From assembly GCA_049515535.1 (NCBI GenBank), contig JBEKTZ010000010.1:1-64000 (forward strand): DNA of 64,000 nucleotides, written 5' to 3'. The translations under genes were made by a program, and so were the position numbers. Below the pieces are notes generated by a model. That model was given only the letters and a program-made list of their open reading frames with translations, was not told where the DNA came from and ran no database searches. This document shows, one piece after another, positions 47,278 to 56,916 of the stretch (within the stretch, counting starts at the first letter, position 1; every line of letters starts with the position of its first letter). Source of the stretch: Candidatus Aminicenantales bacterium. GTDB lineage: Bacteria; Acidobacteriota; Aminicenantia; Aminicenantales; UBA4085.

Positions 47278-47589
47278 CGGTATAGTCGAGGAGCCTGCGC
47301 CCAAATTGACACGACATCTAAATATAAGACCCTGGCATCTATCCAATACTATATATGGTGGGTACCCTTTTGTCAAATATATCAGACGCTTTTTCCGGTT
47401 TCCGGCCATGCCTGGCCCCTGAGCCCAAAGCTTGTTCGCGGAGACGAATGTTCATATAATTCATAAAAGAATGAAATCTCTCCGGATATCCTTCATCCTC
47501 GGCCTCTTGATCGGGAAAATTTCTTCTGAAAAATCTGACCTTGGGCAATATCAGGGGAGAAAAGATTCGGAGAGAGAGAAATCCTTCCT

Positions 47590-48798
47590 ATGACGATCGA
47601 CGGTTATAAATCGAGAGCACGCGCCGCTCCCGACATCATCGTGGACCCGAGCACCCTCTTTCCTCCGCTCAGCGGGGTGGGATATTACACCCGGGAGATT
47701 CTCAAGGCCTATTGCGGACTCCCGGGACATTTTCCGGTCAAGCTCCTTTCCTTTCGGTTTTTTTTGAAGTCCGGGCGCCGTCCCCCGGAAGCCGATATCG
47801 AACGTCTGGCCGAAAGCTGGGGAGGATCGCTCGACGTTCGATTCCGGCCCGTTCCCAGCCTGGTCTACGGCTGGCTCCGACGCCGCGGCTTGCGGCCGCC
47901 GTTCCCCCTGGATATGTTCGAGTCCAGCGCGCAAAAAATATATTTTTTCCCGAACTTCGTGGGAGAGCCCCTGCTTCGCGCCCGTTATGTCCCGGTCGTC
48001 TTCGATGTCGGTTTCCTCCGCCATCCCGGCAGCCAGCAGAACCGTGACCACCTCTATTTGAAAAGATATTTGCCGAGGGCTTTGAGACGAGCGAGCCGGG
48101 TCGTCGTGATCTCGGAATGCGTCAAGTGGGAGCTCCAGAAGGCGTACGATGTCCCGGCCGATAAAATCGCGGTCATCACCCCCGCCGTCGATCATGCCGC
48201 TTTCCGTCCGGATATCCCCGCTGAAGTCCGGGCCGCCGTCCGGGAGAAATACGGCCTCGGCGGCGGCTATATCTTTTCTTTGAGCACTCTCGAGCCCAGA
48301 AAAAATTTTCCCCGGCTGATCGAGGCCTATTCCTTGTTGCCCGGCGACGCCCAGACGCGCCTGCCTCTTGTGGTCGCGGGCGGGAGCGGATGGAAGAACG
48401 AAGAAATCTACGCGACGATCCGGCGCCTCGGCCTGGAAAAAAAGATCAAATTCCTCGGCTATATTTCCGAAATGGACCGCGCTCCCTTGATGAGGGAAGC
48501 CGCGCTTTTCGTCCTGCCTTCGCTCTATGAAGGATTCGGCATGCCCGTCCTGGAGGCGATGGCCTGCGGAACTCCGGTCGTGACATCGGCGCGCGGGGCG
48601 ATCCCGGAGATCGGAGGCGACGCCGTCGTCTATGCCGATCCCCTCCGCGCCGAAAGCATCGCCCGGAGCATCACAACCGTGCTTGAAGATCGGGATCTGA
48701 GAACGAGGCTCTCGGCTTCAGGTATTTCCCGGGCGGCTTCTTTTCGATGGCTGGAAAGCGCCCGCGGCCTCGCGGACGTTTTTGAACGCGTCGCGTAA
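47590..48798 (+). CDS. Glycosyltransferase family 4
   Basis: LEPRKN, PSLYEGFGMPVLEAMACG motifs. Confidence 0.92.
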   Translation: MTIDGYKSRARAAPDIIVDPSTLFPPLSGVGYYTREILKAYCGLPGHFPVKLLSFRFFLKSGRRPPEADIERLAESWGGSLDVRFRPVPSLVYGWLRRRGLRPPFPLDMFESSAQKIYFFPNFVGEPLLRARYVPVVFDVGFLRHPGSQQNRDHLYLKRYLPRALRRASRVVVISECVKWELQKAYDVPADKIAVITPAVDHAAFRPDIPAEVRAAVREKYGLGGGYIFSLSTLEPRKNFPRLIEAYSLLPGDAQTRLPLVVAGGSGWKNEEIYATIRRLGLEKKIKFLGYISEMDRAPLMREAALFVLPSLYEGFGMPVLEAMACGTPVVTSARGAIPEIGGDAVVYADPLRAESIARSITTVLEDRDLRTRLSASGISRAASFRWLESARGLADVFERVA

Positions 48799-48889
48799 AG
48801 CCCGCGGCAGCCGGACGCGGCTTCAGCGGGCAGCTTCGCCCCTATCGCGAAATTCCGATAATATTCTCCGCGGCCTCTGGTTTCCTAAC

Positions 48890-51850
48890 TTATTTTTTCT
48901 CCGGAGCAGGAGCAGGCGCGGGAACGGGAGCGGGATTCAGATTCTTGAAATTCAGCATGGCGTTGAAAACAAGGAAAAACGATCCATGCGTCTCATGACG
49001 CCACATGGGATTGAAGCTGAACATGATCACGTGACCCGCCCCGAGCGGCGCGTCCACGAGAGCCGGCGCGCCGGCCAGCTCCTGGCCTCCGTCCAATCCG
49101 CCGCTGATGAGGAGTTCGGCGGCATTGCCGGTGAATCTGAGAATCGTCCTCGCTCTCGAAGCCGCGGCGGGCGGGCCCGGCCGGCCTTCGGCCTGAGCGC
49201 CTTGCGGCTGAGTCTTCCGGAATTCCTCGACGGACGCCTTCCCGATATCCCGGGGCCGGCCTTGCGGAATGTCGGGGTCATTGGCGCTGCCGCGGCCCGA
49301 CGGACGGCCGGCGGGGCCGCTCTCGAGCATCATTCCTCCCCGGCCTCCGCCGAAACCTCCGCCCGCGCCGAATACCGGCGCCTGGCTGAAATAAACGCCC
49401 AGGGAATCGTCATATCCGTAGACGATGGGGCTTGTTTTATCGAATACATCGGCTTTGTATATGCTTCCGCGCGCCCAGAGGTTCTGGGTCTGGCGGATGG
49501 AAATCCCTCCGGCCAGGCCGAACTGGATGGGAAGCGCCGAGCTATTGCCGAGCGTGATGAACAAGCCGCCGTCTCTGATGAAATCACGCAAATGGAGCAC
49601 GCCCTCCAGCTCGATCCCGCCGCGCATATCGTCGGTGGAATCCTCGGAGCCGATATTGGGAGTGAGCGGCGTCTTCTTCCAGGGGATCGGCTGGGCGCCG
49701 GTGACGCCCGTGACGACGCTCAGGGCGTCCCCCGAGGACGGCCCGAAAAGAATCACGTCATATTTATCGCGGAGCCGCGCGTTGTCGCGGACGGAATGAA
49801 CCGAAATGTATTCATAGGGAATCTCAAGCTCGTCGAGCGCGATGCGCACCCAGCCCTCGGTCTGCGTGTTCTGCCAGGTGTGCATGACGGCGATGCGCGG
49901 CACGGCCACCTCGTGGACGGCGACGGCCGGAACGGCCGGAACCGCGAAAATGGAGAGGCCGTATTTCTTCCCGCTCTCGTCCAGCAGGCTTTCGATGTTC
50001 CCCCCGTTATCGACGATTTTAATGATGAACGTCCCGGCGTTGAACGATTTGCCGTTCGATTCGAAACTTTTTTCCGCGGCCAGGATCTTCAGGTCTTTAT
50101 ATTTGAACCGGAAGGAGGCGATGGCGTTGTCCGCGTTGTGGTTAATCAGGAAGACCTGCGCGGCGCCGGCGCCCAGGTGCGTCACGCCGCCGGGTGAGCG
50201 GACTTCGCCCTTGACCTGCGTCATCGGAGCGGAGAGCACGGAGACATCGTCCACGCGCACCGTTTTCACATTGAAGAGCGGCCCCAGCGTCCAGCCAACA
50301 TCATCGTAAGGAGAAGGATCCTTGACGTTGAAATATTGCTTGTCGAGAAGCATGTCCGCCATCCGGCAAAACGGTTGGTCCATGCGGATGACATAGCTCG
50401 CGGCGGGATATTCGACGTCGCCGACTTTGAAAGCCTTGTCGGCCTTGTGCACTTCCACGCCCTGGCCCTGCAGGAGCCGCAAAAGGCGCGCCTGTTGTCC
50501 GAGGCGCGGGTCATTGCCGGGAAAGACATAGGCGGCCGGGCCTTCATTCCTGGGCTTGGCCACGGAGCGCTTGCTTTTCAGGTAGAAATTTTCCAGGTAT
50601 TTTTCGCGGTTCACGGCGATATAGTTCATGCCCATGAGAAGGGCGCTCTGCTGCATATTGACGTTGTTGCGGATCGACCAGACCGTGGACGCCACGGGCG
50701 GGTTCGGACGGTACCAGGCCCGGTCCGTGCTGTTGGTGATCACCCGCGTGCTCCCGTCGCCCGCGCCCTGCGTCTCATAGAACCGGCCGATAGCGTTGTG
50801 TCCGTTGGCCGCGTAGAACGCATAGTTGGGCGCCCAGCCGTCGTAGAACGCGTGGGTCCAGACGCCGGGAACGCCTTCCCGGGTCATGCCGTCCACTTCC
50901 TGGTAGGCCAGTTGGTGCCACTCGTCGACGACGATCGGGTCCAGCCAGGCGTTGTAGGGGCCCGAACCCGTCGAGATGTAAAGGTGCGAGGCGGATTCGT
51001 GGAGGTCATGCATCACCTGGGGATGATAATCGAGCTCGACCTTCATGATGTTCCGGCTGAGCGCCAGGGCGAGGACGATGCCGTCCCGGTTGTTGTCGTG
51101 GGCGACGTATTTTCCCCACCAGAGAGCGTTCCGCGGCACGTTGGCCTTGGGGTCCTTGCGCGGGGCCATGGCCAAATCGACGTATTTATCGCGTCCGTCC
51201 ACCTCGAGGATGGGCGTGATCAGGACGATGGAGTTTTCGCGGATGGTCTTGATGAACGGAGAGTCGTCCACCGCCAGGCGGTACGCGAGTTCCATCAGCA
51301 TCTCGACCGAGCCGGTCTCGGAGGAATGCATGCCTCCCGTCGCCCAGTAGATGGGCTTGCCCTGCTTGATCAAGGTCTGCGCCTCGGCATCGCTGATCTT
51401 CCGCGGATCGCTCAGCTTAGCGATGATTTGCTTGAATTGGCTCAGGTTCTTTATGGTCCCCTCATCGGCGACGACGACTAGGATCCAATCCCTCCCCTCC
51501 TCGGTCTTGCCGATCGTGAAGACCTTGACTCTCGGCGACGCCGCGGCGAGGGCCCGGAAATATTTATAGACGTCGCTGGAATAGCTCAGGATGTTGGGCG
51601 CTCCCACGATATGCCCGAGGACTTCAAGCGGCGAGGGAATCCCCTCTTTATAGGGAAGATAGTTCACGTATTTCGTGGAGAAATGAGGATCGGTCGTATA
51701 CTCCCGGATCTTCTTCGTATAGTCCTCATGGATCTTCTGAGGGAAAGCGACGGAAAAGACAAGCAGCAACGCCAGGCCGAGGGCCAGGGGCGCTTTGACG
51801 GCCCTCGTTCGACGTACGAAACAAATGACGGCTTTGGGAAATGATGTCAT
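48890..51850 (-). CDS. Secreted M14 family zinc carboxypeptidase
   Basis: HSSE, DNNRD, DLHE motifs; signal peptide; RBS AGGAGG. Confidence 0.85.
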   Translation of the reverse strand: MTSFPKAVICFVRRTRAVKAPLALGLALLLVFSVAFPQKIHEDYTKKIREYTTDPHFSTKYVNYLPYKEGIPSPLEVLGHIVGAPNILSYSSDVYKYFRALAAASPRVKVFTIGKTEEGRDWILVVVADEGTIKNLSQFKQIIAKLSDPRKISDAEAQTLIKQGKPIYWATGGMHSSETGSVEMLMELAYRLAVDDSPFIKTIRENSIVLITPILEVDGRDKYVDLAMAPRKDPKANVPRNALWWGKYVAHDNNRDGIVLALALSRNIMKVELDYHPQVMHDLHESASHLYISTGSGPYNAWLDPIVVDEWHQLAYQEVDGMTREGVPGVWTHAFYDGWAPNYAFYAANGHNAIGRFYETQGAGDGSTRVITNSTDRAWYRPNPPVASTVWSIRNNVNMQQSALLMGMNYIAVNREKYLENFYLKSKRSVAKPRNEGPAAYVFPGNDPRLGQQARLLRLLQGQGVEVHKADKAFKVGDVEYPAASYVIRMDQPFCRMADMLLDKQYFNVKDPSPYDDVGWTLGPLFNVKTVRVDDVSVLSAPMTQVKGEVRSPGGVTHLGAGAAQVFLINHNADNAIASFRFKYKDLKILAAEKSFESNGKSFNAGTFIIKIVDNGGNIESLLDESGKKYGLSIFAVPAVPAVAVHEVAVPRIAVMHTWQNTQTEGWVRIALDELEIPYEYISVHSVRDNARLRDKYDVILFGPSSGDALSVVTGVTGAQPIPWKKTPLTPNIGSEDSTDDMRGGIELEGVLHLRDFIRDGGLFITLGNSSALPIQFGLAGGISIRQTQNLWARGSIYKADVFDKTSPIVYGYDDSLGVYFSQAPVFGAGGGFGGGRGGMMLESGPAGRPSGRGSANDPDIPQGRPRDIGKASVEEFRKTQPQGAQAEGRPGPPAAASRARTILRFTGNAAELLISGGLDGGQELAGAPALVDAPLGAGHVIMFSFNPMWRHETHGSFFLVFNAMLNFKNLNPAPVPAPAPAPEKK

Positions 51851-51891
51851 GACTCTCCTCCTTCCAGGATGATGAAAACCGTAGGCCTAGA

Positions 51892-51991
51892 AACTTATCA
51901 CCTGTAATGAAACCCTGTCAATAGCGGATTCGCTGACCGTACTGCGGTCAGCGTATTCGCATTGACAGCGATGAAGGGCGGGGGGTATAGT
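51892..51991. promoter_or_regulatory. Back-to-back sigma70-like promoters around a long palindrome
   Basis: TTGACA on both strands (51916-21 minus, 51962-67 plus), each 18 nt from a -10 box, flanking CGCTGACCG-TACTG-CGGTCAGCG. Confidence 0.55.
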
Positions 51992-52106
51992 TTCTCCTCA
52001 TCAGAATGGATTTCTTGGCCCGATGAAAAAACTCCTATCACTTGCAACCTAAAGGTATCTCGTTCCGTATTATAAGATGGATGATTTTAAGTTCCGGGAG
52101 GTATTC

Positions 52107-55100
52107 ATGAAATCCACCGCGGCTCGCATCAGCCAAAGTCTTTTTGTCTTTTCCGTCCTGACCGCTATCCTGCTCTGCTCGTCCCCCCTTCAGGCCCAGG
52201 AAACACCGCTCTGGCTTCGTTATCCGGCCATTTCTCCCGACGCCCAAACGATCCTTTTTTGTTACAAAGGCGATATCTATAAGGTCCCGGCTTCGGGCGG
52301 GCAGGCCGTTCCCCTGACGATCAGCGACGCTTACGATTACGCTCCCGTCTGGAGCCACGACGGCCATTCCATCGCCTTCGCTTCAGACCGCTACGGCAAT
52401 TTCGACGTGTTCGTCATGCCCGCCTCCGGCGGCGAAGCGAAGCGCCTGACCTGCCATTCGGCCGCCGATATTCCCAGCAGTTTCACCGCGGACGACCAGC
52501 GCGTTCTTTTCACTTCGACCCGCCAGGACTTGGTGACGAACGCGCAGTTCCCGATGTCCGTCTTCCCGGAACTTTACAGCGTTTCCGTGAACGGCGGCGA
52601 GGCCGCCCTGGTCCTGACCCAACCGGCCATCGCGGCGACGGTGAATCCGGCCGGGGACAAGATCATTTATCACGACCAGAAAGGATACGAAAGTGAATGG
52701 CGTAAGCACCATACGTCCTCTGTGACCCGGGACATCTGGGTCTATGACCAGAAAACGAAGAAGAACACCCAACTCACGACGTTCAAGGGTGAAGACAGAA
52801 ACCCTGTCTTCGACGTCAACGGCGACGATTATTATTATTTGAGCGAACAGAACGGCTCGTTCAACGTCACCAAAAGCTCCCTGAGCCGTCCGGCGTCCTC
52901 GACCGCCCTGACCGGCTTCGCCAAACACCCCGTCCGTTTCCTGACGCGCTCCAACGGCGGCGTTTTTTGCTTCGGCTTCGACGGCGAAGTGTACACGAAA
53001 TCCGGGAACGCGGCCCCGCGGAAAATCGACATCCGCATCGCCCAGGACGGGCGTCGGGTCTTGGAGCGGACCGTGCCCGTCAGCGGCGGCATCACGGAAA
53101 TGCGACTAGCGCCGAACGGCAAGGAGATCGCCTTCGTCTTCCGCGGCGAGATTTTCGTGAGCAGCGTCGAGGGCGGCGTCACCAAGCGCATCACCGATAC
53201 GCCCTGGCAGGAGCGGAGCGTGAGTTTCAGCCCCGACGGCCGGACCCTTGTCTACGCCGCGGAAAAAGACAACAACTGGAACGTGTACACCGCCTCGATC
53301 GTGCGGAAGGAGGAACCCTATTTCTACGCCTCGACGGTCTTAAAGACCGACACGGTCGTGGCCACGCCGGCCGAGGAATTCCAGCCGGAGTTCTCGCCGG
53401 ACGGAAAAGAAGTGGCCTACCTGGAAAACCGCGTCGTGCTGAAGGTGGCGAACCTGGCCACCAAGCAGACCCGGACGATCCTGCCCGCGGAATGCAATTA
53501 TTCCTATTCGGACGGAGACCAGAGCTACCAATGGAGCCCCGATGGGAAATGGTTCCTGGTCCAATATGGCTATGTCCGGCTGTTTACACCGGAGATCGGG
53601 CTGGTTTCGAGCGACGGCAAAGGCAAGGTGATCAACCTGACCCAGAGCGGCTTCGATAATTTCAACCCCCGTTGGGGCATGGACGGCAAGATGTTGTATT
53701 GGGGATGCACCCGGGACGGCTCGGTCGGCGTGGCCGGCAACCCTTCGACGTTCGACATCTTCGGCATGTTCTTCACCAAGGACGCGTACGACCGGTTCAA
53801 ATTGTCCAAAGAGGATTTTGCTCTGCTGAAGGAACAGGAGGACAAGGCCAAGGAAGACAAAGATAAGGCCGAAAAAGAAAAAGCCAAGGAGGCCAAACCC
53901 AAGGACGCGAAGGACGCGGCCGTCAAGAAAGCCGAAGACGCTTTCAAGGACATCGTCATCGAATGGGACGGCCTCAACGAGCGGAAGGCCAAGTTGACCA
54001 TCCATTCCGCCGATATTTCCGACCAGGTGATCACCAAGAACGGCGAAAAACTCTTCTACCTGGCCCGCTTCGAAAAAGGCTACGACCTGTGGGTCACCGA
54101 ACTGCGGACGAGGGATACCAAGCTCTTCAGCAAGCTGGGGGCCTCGAACGCCGGGCTGGAGCTTTCGGCCGACGGGAAGAGCCTCTTTGTGCTGGCCGAC
54201 GGCCGGGTCACGAAAATCGACCCGGAGAGCGGGAAGACGGACGCCGTCGCGATCAACGGGGAAATGGCCCTCGACCAAACCGCCGAAAAAGCCTACATGT
54301 TCGATCATATGTGGCGCGAGCTCAAGCAGAAGTTTTACCTGGCCGACCTGCACGGAGTGGACTGGGACTTCTATTACGCGGCCTACAAAAAATTCCTGCC
54401 CTCCATCGCCAACAATTATGATTACGCGGAGATGGTCAGCGAGCTTCTGGGCGAGTTGAACGCGTCGCACACCGGCTGCTATTATTCCGGGTCGCGGACG
54501 CCCACGTCCGATCGGACGGATTCCCTGGGCCTGTTCATCGACTACGACTACGCCGGCCCCGGCTTGAAGGTCGCCGAGATTCTTGCCAGCGGCCCGCTGG
54601 ATAAAGCGAATCTTAAGATCCGCGCCGGCCACGTCATCGAGAAAATCGACGGCCGGGCGATCGTCGGATCGTTCGATCATTACGCGCTGCTGAACCGGAA
54701 AGCGGGAAAGTTGATTCTGCTTTCGGTTTATGATCCCGCCTCCCAGACGCGCTGGGAAGAGACCGTCAAGCCGTTCACCGGAGGGGAGGAAAACCTCTGT
54801 CTGTACCTGAGATGGGTCCGCAACCGCCGCGCCGAAGTCGACCGCTTGTCCGGCGGGCGGCTCGGCTATGTCCATGTCCAAAGCATGGACGATGCCAGCC
54901 TTCGCGTGGTGATCGAGGAAGCCCTGGGCAAGGGCATCGATAAAGACGCCCTGATCGTGGACACCCGCTTCAACGGCGGCGGCAATACGCATGAGCAGCT
55001 GTCGGATTTCCTGAGCGGAAAAAAGTCGTTCGAGATCCTGCCGCGGGGGCAGAGCGTCGGATACGAGCCGTATAACAAGTGGATCAAGCCGTCCATCGTC

Positions 55101-55406
55101 TTGATGGGCGAATGCGATTACTCTGACGCCCATCTGTTCCCGGTGCTCTACAAGATCAAGAGTCTGGGGAAAACGCTGGGCATGCCCGTGCCCGGAACCG
55201 GGACGTTCGTCTGGTGGGAGATGCAGATCGACCCGACCCTGCGGTTCGGGATTCCCCAGGGCGGCTGGCGGGCGCCGGAGGGCTGGCTCTGCGAAAACCA
55301 TCAGTTGGAGCCGGACATCCTCGTCAAGAACGATCCGGATGTCATGTCGACCGGCCGCGACCAGCAGATCGAAGCGGCGGTGAAGGAGTTGATGAAGAAG
55401 AAGTAG
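52107..55406 (+). CDS. Tricorn-like S41 protease
   Basis: LRYPAISPD, PD40 propellers, ELNASH, PDZ, DTRFNGGG, YSDA motifs. Confidence 0.92.
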   Translation: MKSTAARISQSLFVFSVLTAILLCSSPLQAQETPLWLRYPAISPDAQTILFCYKGDIYKVPASGGQAVPLTISDAYDYAPVWSHDGHSIAFASDRYGNFDVFVMPASGGEAKRLTCHSAADIPSSFTADDQRVLFTSTRQDLVTNAQFPMSVFPELYSVSVNGGEAALVLTQPAIAATVNPAGDKIIYHDQKGYESEWRKHHTSSVTRDIWVYDQKTKKNTQLTTFKGEDRNPVFDVNGDDYYYLSEQNGSFNVTKSSLSRPASSTALTGFAKHPVRFLTRSNGGVFCFGFDGEVYTKSGNAAPRKIDIRIAQDGRRVLERTVPVSGGITEMRLAPNGKEIAFVFRGEIFVSSVEGGVTKRITDTPWQERSVSFSPDGRTLVYAAEKDNNWNVYTASIVRKEEPYFYASTVLKTDTVVATPAEEFQPEFSPDGKEVAYLENRVVLKVANLATKQTRTILPAECNYSYSDGDQSYQWSPDGKWFLVQYGYVRLFTPEIGLVSSDGKGKVINLTQSGFDNFNPRWGMDGKMLYWGCTRDGSVGVAGNPSTFDIFGMFFTKDAYDRFKLSKEDFALLKEQEDKAKEDKDKAEKEKAKEAKPKDAKDAAVKKAEDAFKDIVIEWDGLNERKAKLTIHSADISDQVITKNGEKLFYLARFEKGYDLWVTELRTRDTKLFSKLGASNAGLELSADGKSLFVLADGRVTKIDPESGKTDAVAINGEMALDQTAEKAYMFDHMWRELKQKFYLADLHGVDWDFYYAAYKKFLPSIANNYDYAEMVSELLGELNASHTGCYYSGSRTPTSDRTDSLGLFIDYDYAGPGLKVAEILASGPLDKANLKIRAGHVIEKIDGRAIVGSFDHYALLNRKAGKLILLSVYDPASQTRWEETVKPFTGGEENLCLYLRWVRNRRAEVDRLSGGRLGYVHVQSMDDASLRVVIEEALGKGIDKDALIVDTRFNGGGNTHEQLSDFLSGKKSFEILPRGQSVGYEPYNKWIKPSIVLMGECDYSDAHLFPVLYKIKSLGKTLGMPVPGTGTFVWWEMQIDPTLRFGIPQGGWRAPEGWLCENHQLEPDILVKNDPDVMSTGRDQQIEAAVKELMKKK

Positions 55407-55428
55407 GCCGGTGTCGCGAGGAGAAAAT

Positions 55429-56841
55429 ATGAGAAAGTTTTTCAGTCGGTGGGTATTGATGATGCTCGTTACGTCCGGCATCGGCGTGGGCTGTGCGATC
55501 GTCGTTCCTGGCGGCGGGAACGCCGAGGCAGCGGCGGGAACGCCGCGAATCCTCCTAGAGAATGTCCGCGTCTTCGACGTCTCCACGGGTCGGATGAGTG
55601 AGCCGCAGAGCATTCTGATCATGGGAACCCGCATCTCAGCCGTCGGACATATCCAGGATCCCGGCAAGAAGGTCCAGCGGATTGACTGCGCGGGAAAATT
55701 CGCCGTGCCCGGTCTCTTCGATTGTCACACCCACTTGATTGAATTAACGGCCAAGGGAGATGACGGCTTAAAAGCCGGTCTGGCGGAATTCGTTTCCCGA
55801 GGCGTCACCCAAGTGCGCGATGTCGGCGGCCCCATTGACGTGCTCAGCCGGACGAGCCGGCGGATCGCAGAAGGAGAGCTTACGGGACCTGAAATCTTCT
55901 ACACGGGCCCCATGCTCGAGCACACCCCTCTTACATGGGGACACTTGAACAAGCAATTCCCGGGATTCACGGTGGCGCTCGATTCCAACGCCGATGTCGA
56001 TTCGGTTCTTCCCGAACTGGGCCGCAAAGGCGCGACCATCATCAAGACATTCAACAATATCGACCCCGGGGTGTACCGTCATATCGTTGAAGTGGCCAAG
56101 CGTTGCGGGCTCAAGATCGTCCATGACCCGGGGGCTCCTCTGTTCCACTGGATCCCGATGGATCAAGCGCTCGACCTGGGGGTGACCAGCATCGAGCATG
56201 CCAAGTCGCCCTGGCCTGTGGTCCTGAAGGACCCCCTCAAGCAGGAGCACGATCGGCTGGTCGGTCCTGGAGCAAACCAAATGGCCCAAATGGCTTTCCT
56301 GATGAAAGCCGCCGGATTGGGCGTTGCGTCGGTTTCGGAAGATCGTCTCAAGAAGCTGGCTGAGAAGATGAATGAGAAGGGCGCTTTTCTCTGTGCGACC
56401 CTGCAAGTGCTGACCAGCAACAGCATGGAAAAGGAAGCTATTGAAGAGACCAAGAGGCAAATGAAGGTTGATACTCTGCCGGCGCCGGTGCTGGAAATGA
56501 TCCGTAAAGTAGTGGACGGCATGAAGGCCGTAAGCCGGCACTTCGTCCGCGAATTCGCCGGTTACGGCGTGAAGATGCTGGTCGGCCAGGACGGGTGCGA
56601 TGCCGCCGCGACGTTTTCCGAGATGCGCACTCTGAAAGAAGGCGGAGTTCGGGAGTCTGAGATCATCAAAGGCGCCACGATCTATCCGGCCCAATGGCTG
56701 GGCGTGGACGACCGCCTGGGCTCCATCGCCCCGGGCAAACAGGCCAACATCCTGGTTGTCAACGGGGATCCCCTTTCCGATATCGCTCAGCTGGAGGCAA
56801 CCTTTATGGTGATCCGGAATGGAAAACCGGTTTCACGATGA
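55429..56841 (+). CDS. Amidohydrolase family protein
   Basis: PGLFDCHTH, GVTQVRDVG, SIEH, GSIAPGKQAN motifs. Confidence 0.88.
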   Translation: MRKFFSRWVLMMLVTSGIGVGCAIVVPGGGNAEAAAGTPRILLENVRVFDVSTGRMSEPQSILIMGTRISAVGHIQDPGKKVQRIDCAGKFAVPGLFDCHTHLIELTAKGDDGLKAGLAEFVSRGVTQVRDVGGPIDVLSRTSRRIAEGELTGPEIFYTGPMLEHTPLTWGHLNKQFPGFTVALDSNADVDSVLPELGRKGATIIKTFNNIDPGVYRHIVEVAKRCGLKIVHDPGAPLFHWIPMDQALDLGVTSIEHAKSPWPVVLKDPLKQEHDRLVGPGANQMAQMAFLMKAAGLGVASVSEDRLKKLAEKMNEKGAFLCATLQVLTSNSMEKEAIEETKRQMKVDTLPAPVLEMIRKVVDGMKAVSRHFVREFAGYGVKMLVGQDGCDAAATFSEMRTLKEGGVRESEIIKGATIYPAQWLGVDDRLGSIAPGKQANILVVNGDPLSDIAQLEATFMVIRNGKPVSR

Positions 56842-56916
56842 TTCACGCCCCCGCCCGGTCAAGTCAAACGAGCTTACTCTTTGGAAGACGCTCGGCTCAT
56901 ACACCCCGCCCGCGGT

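Noticed and set aside
44104..47466. 1120-aa plus-strand ORF
   Set aside because: Antisense shadow of the PilZ-hydrolase-MTase gene; no recognisable domains
53340..55667. 775-aa minus-strand ORF
   Set aside because: Antisense shadow of the tricorn protease gene
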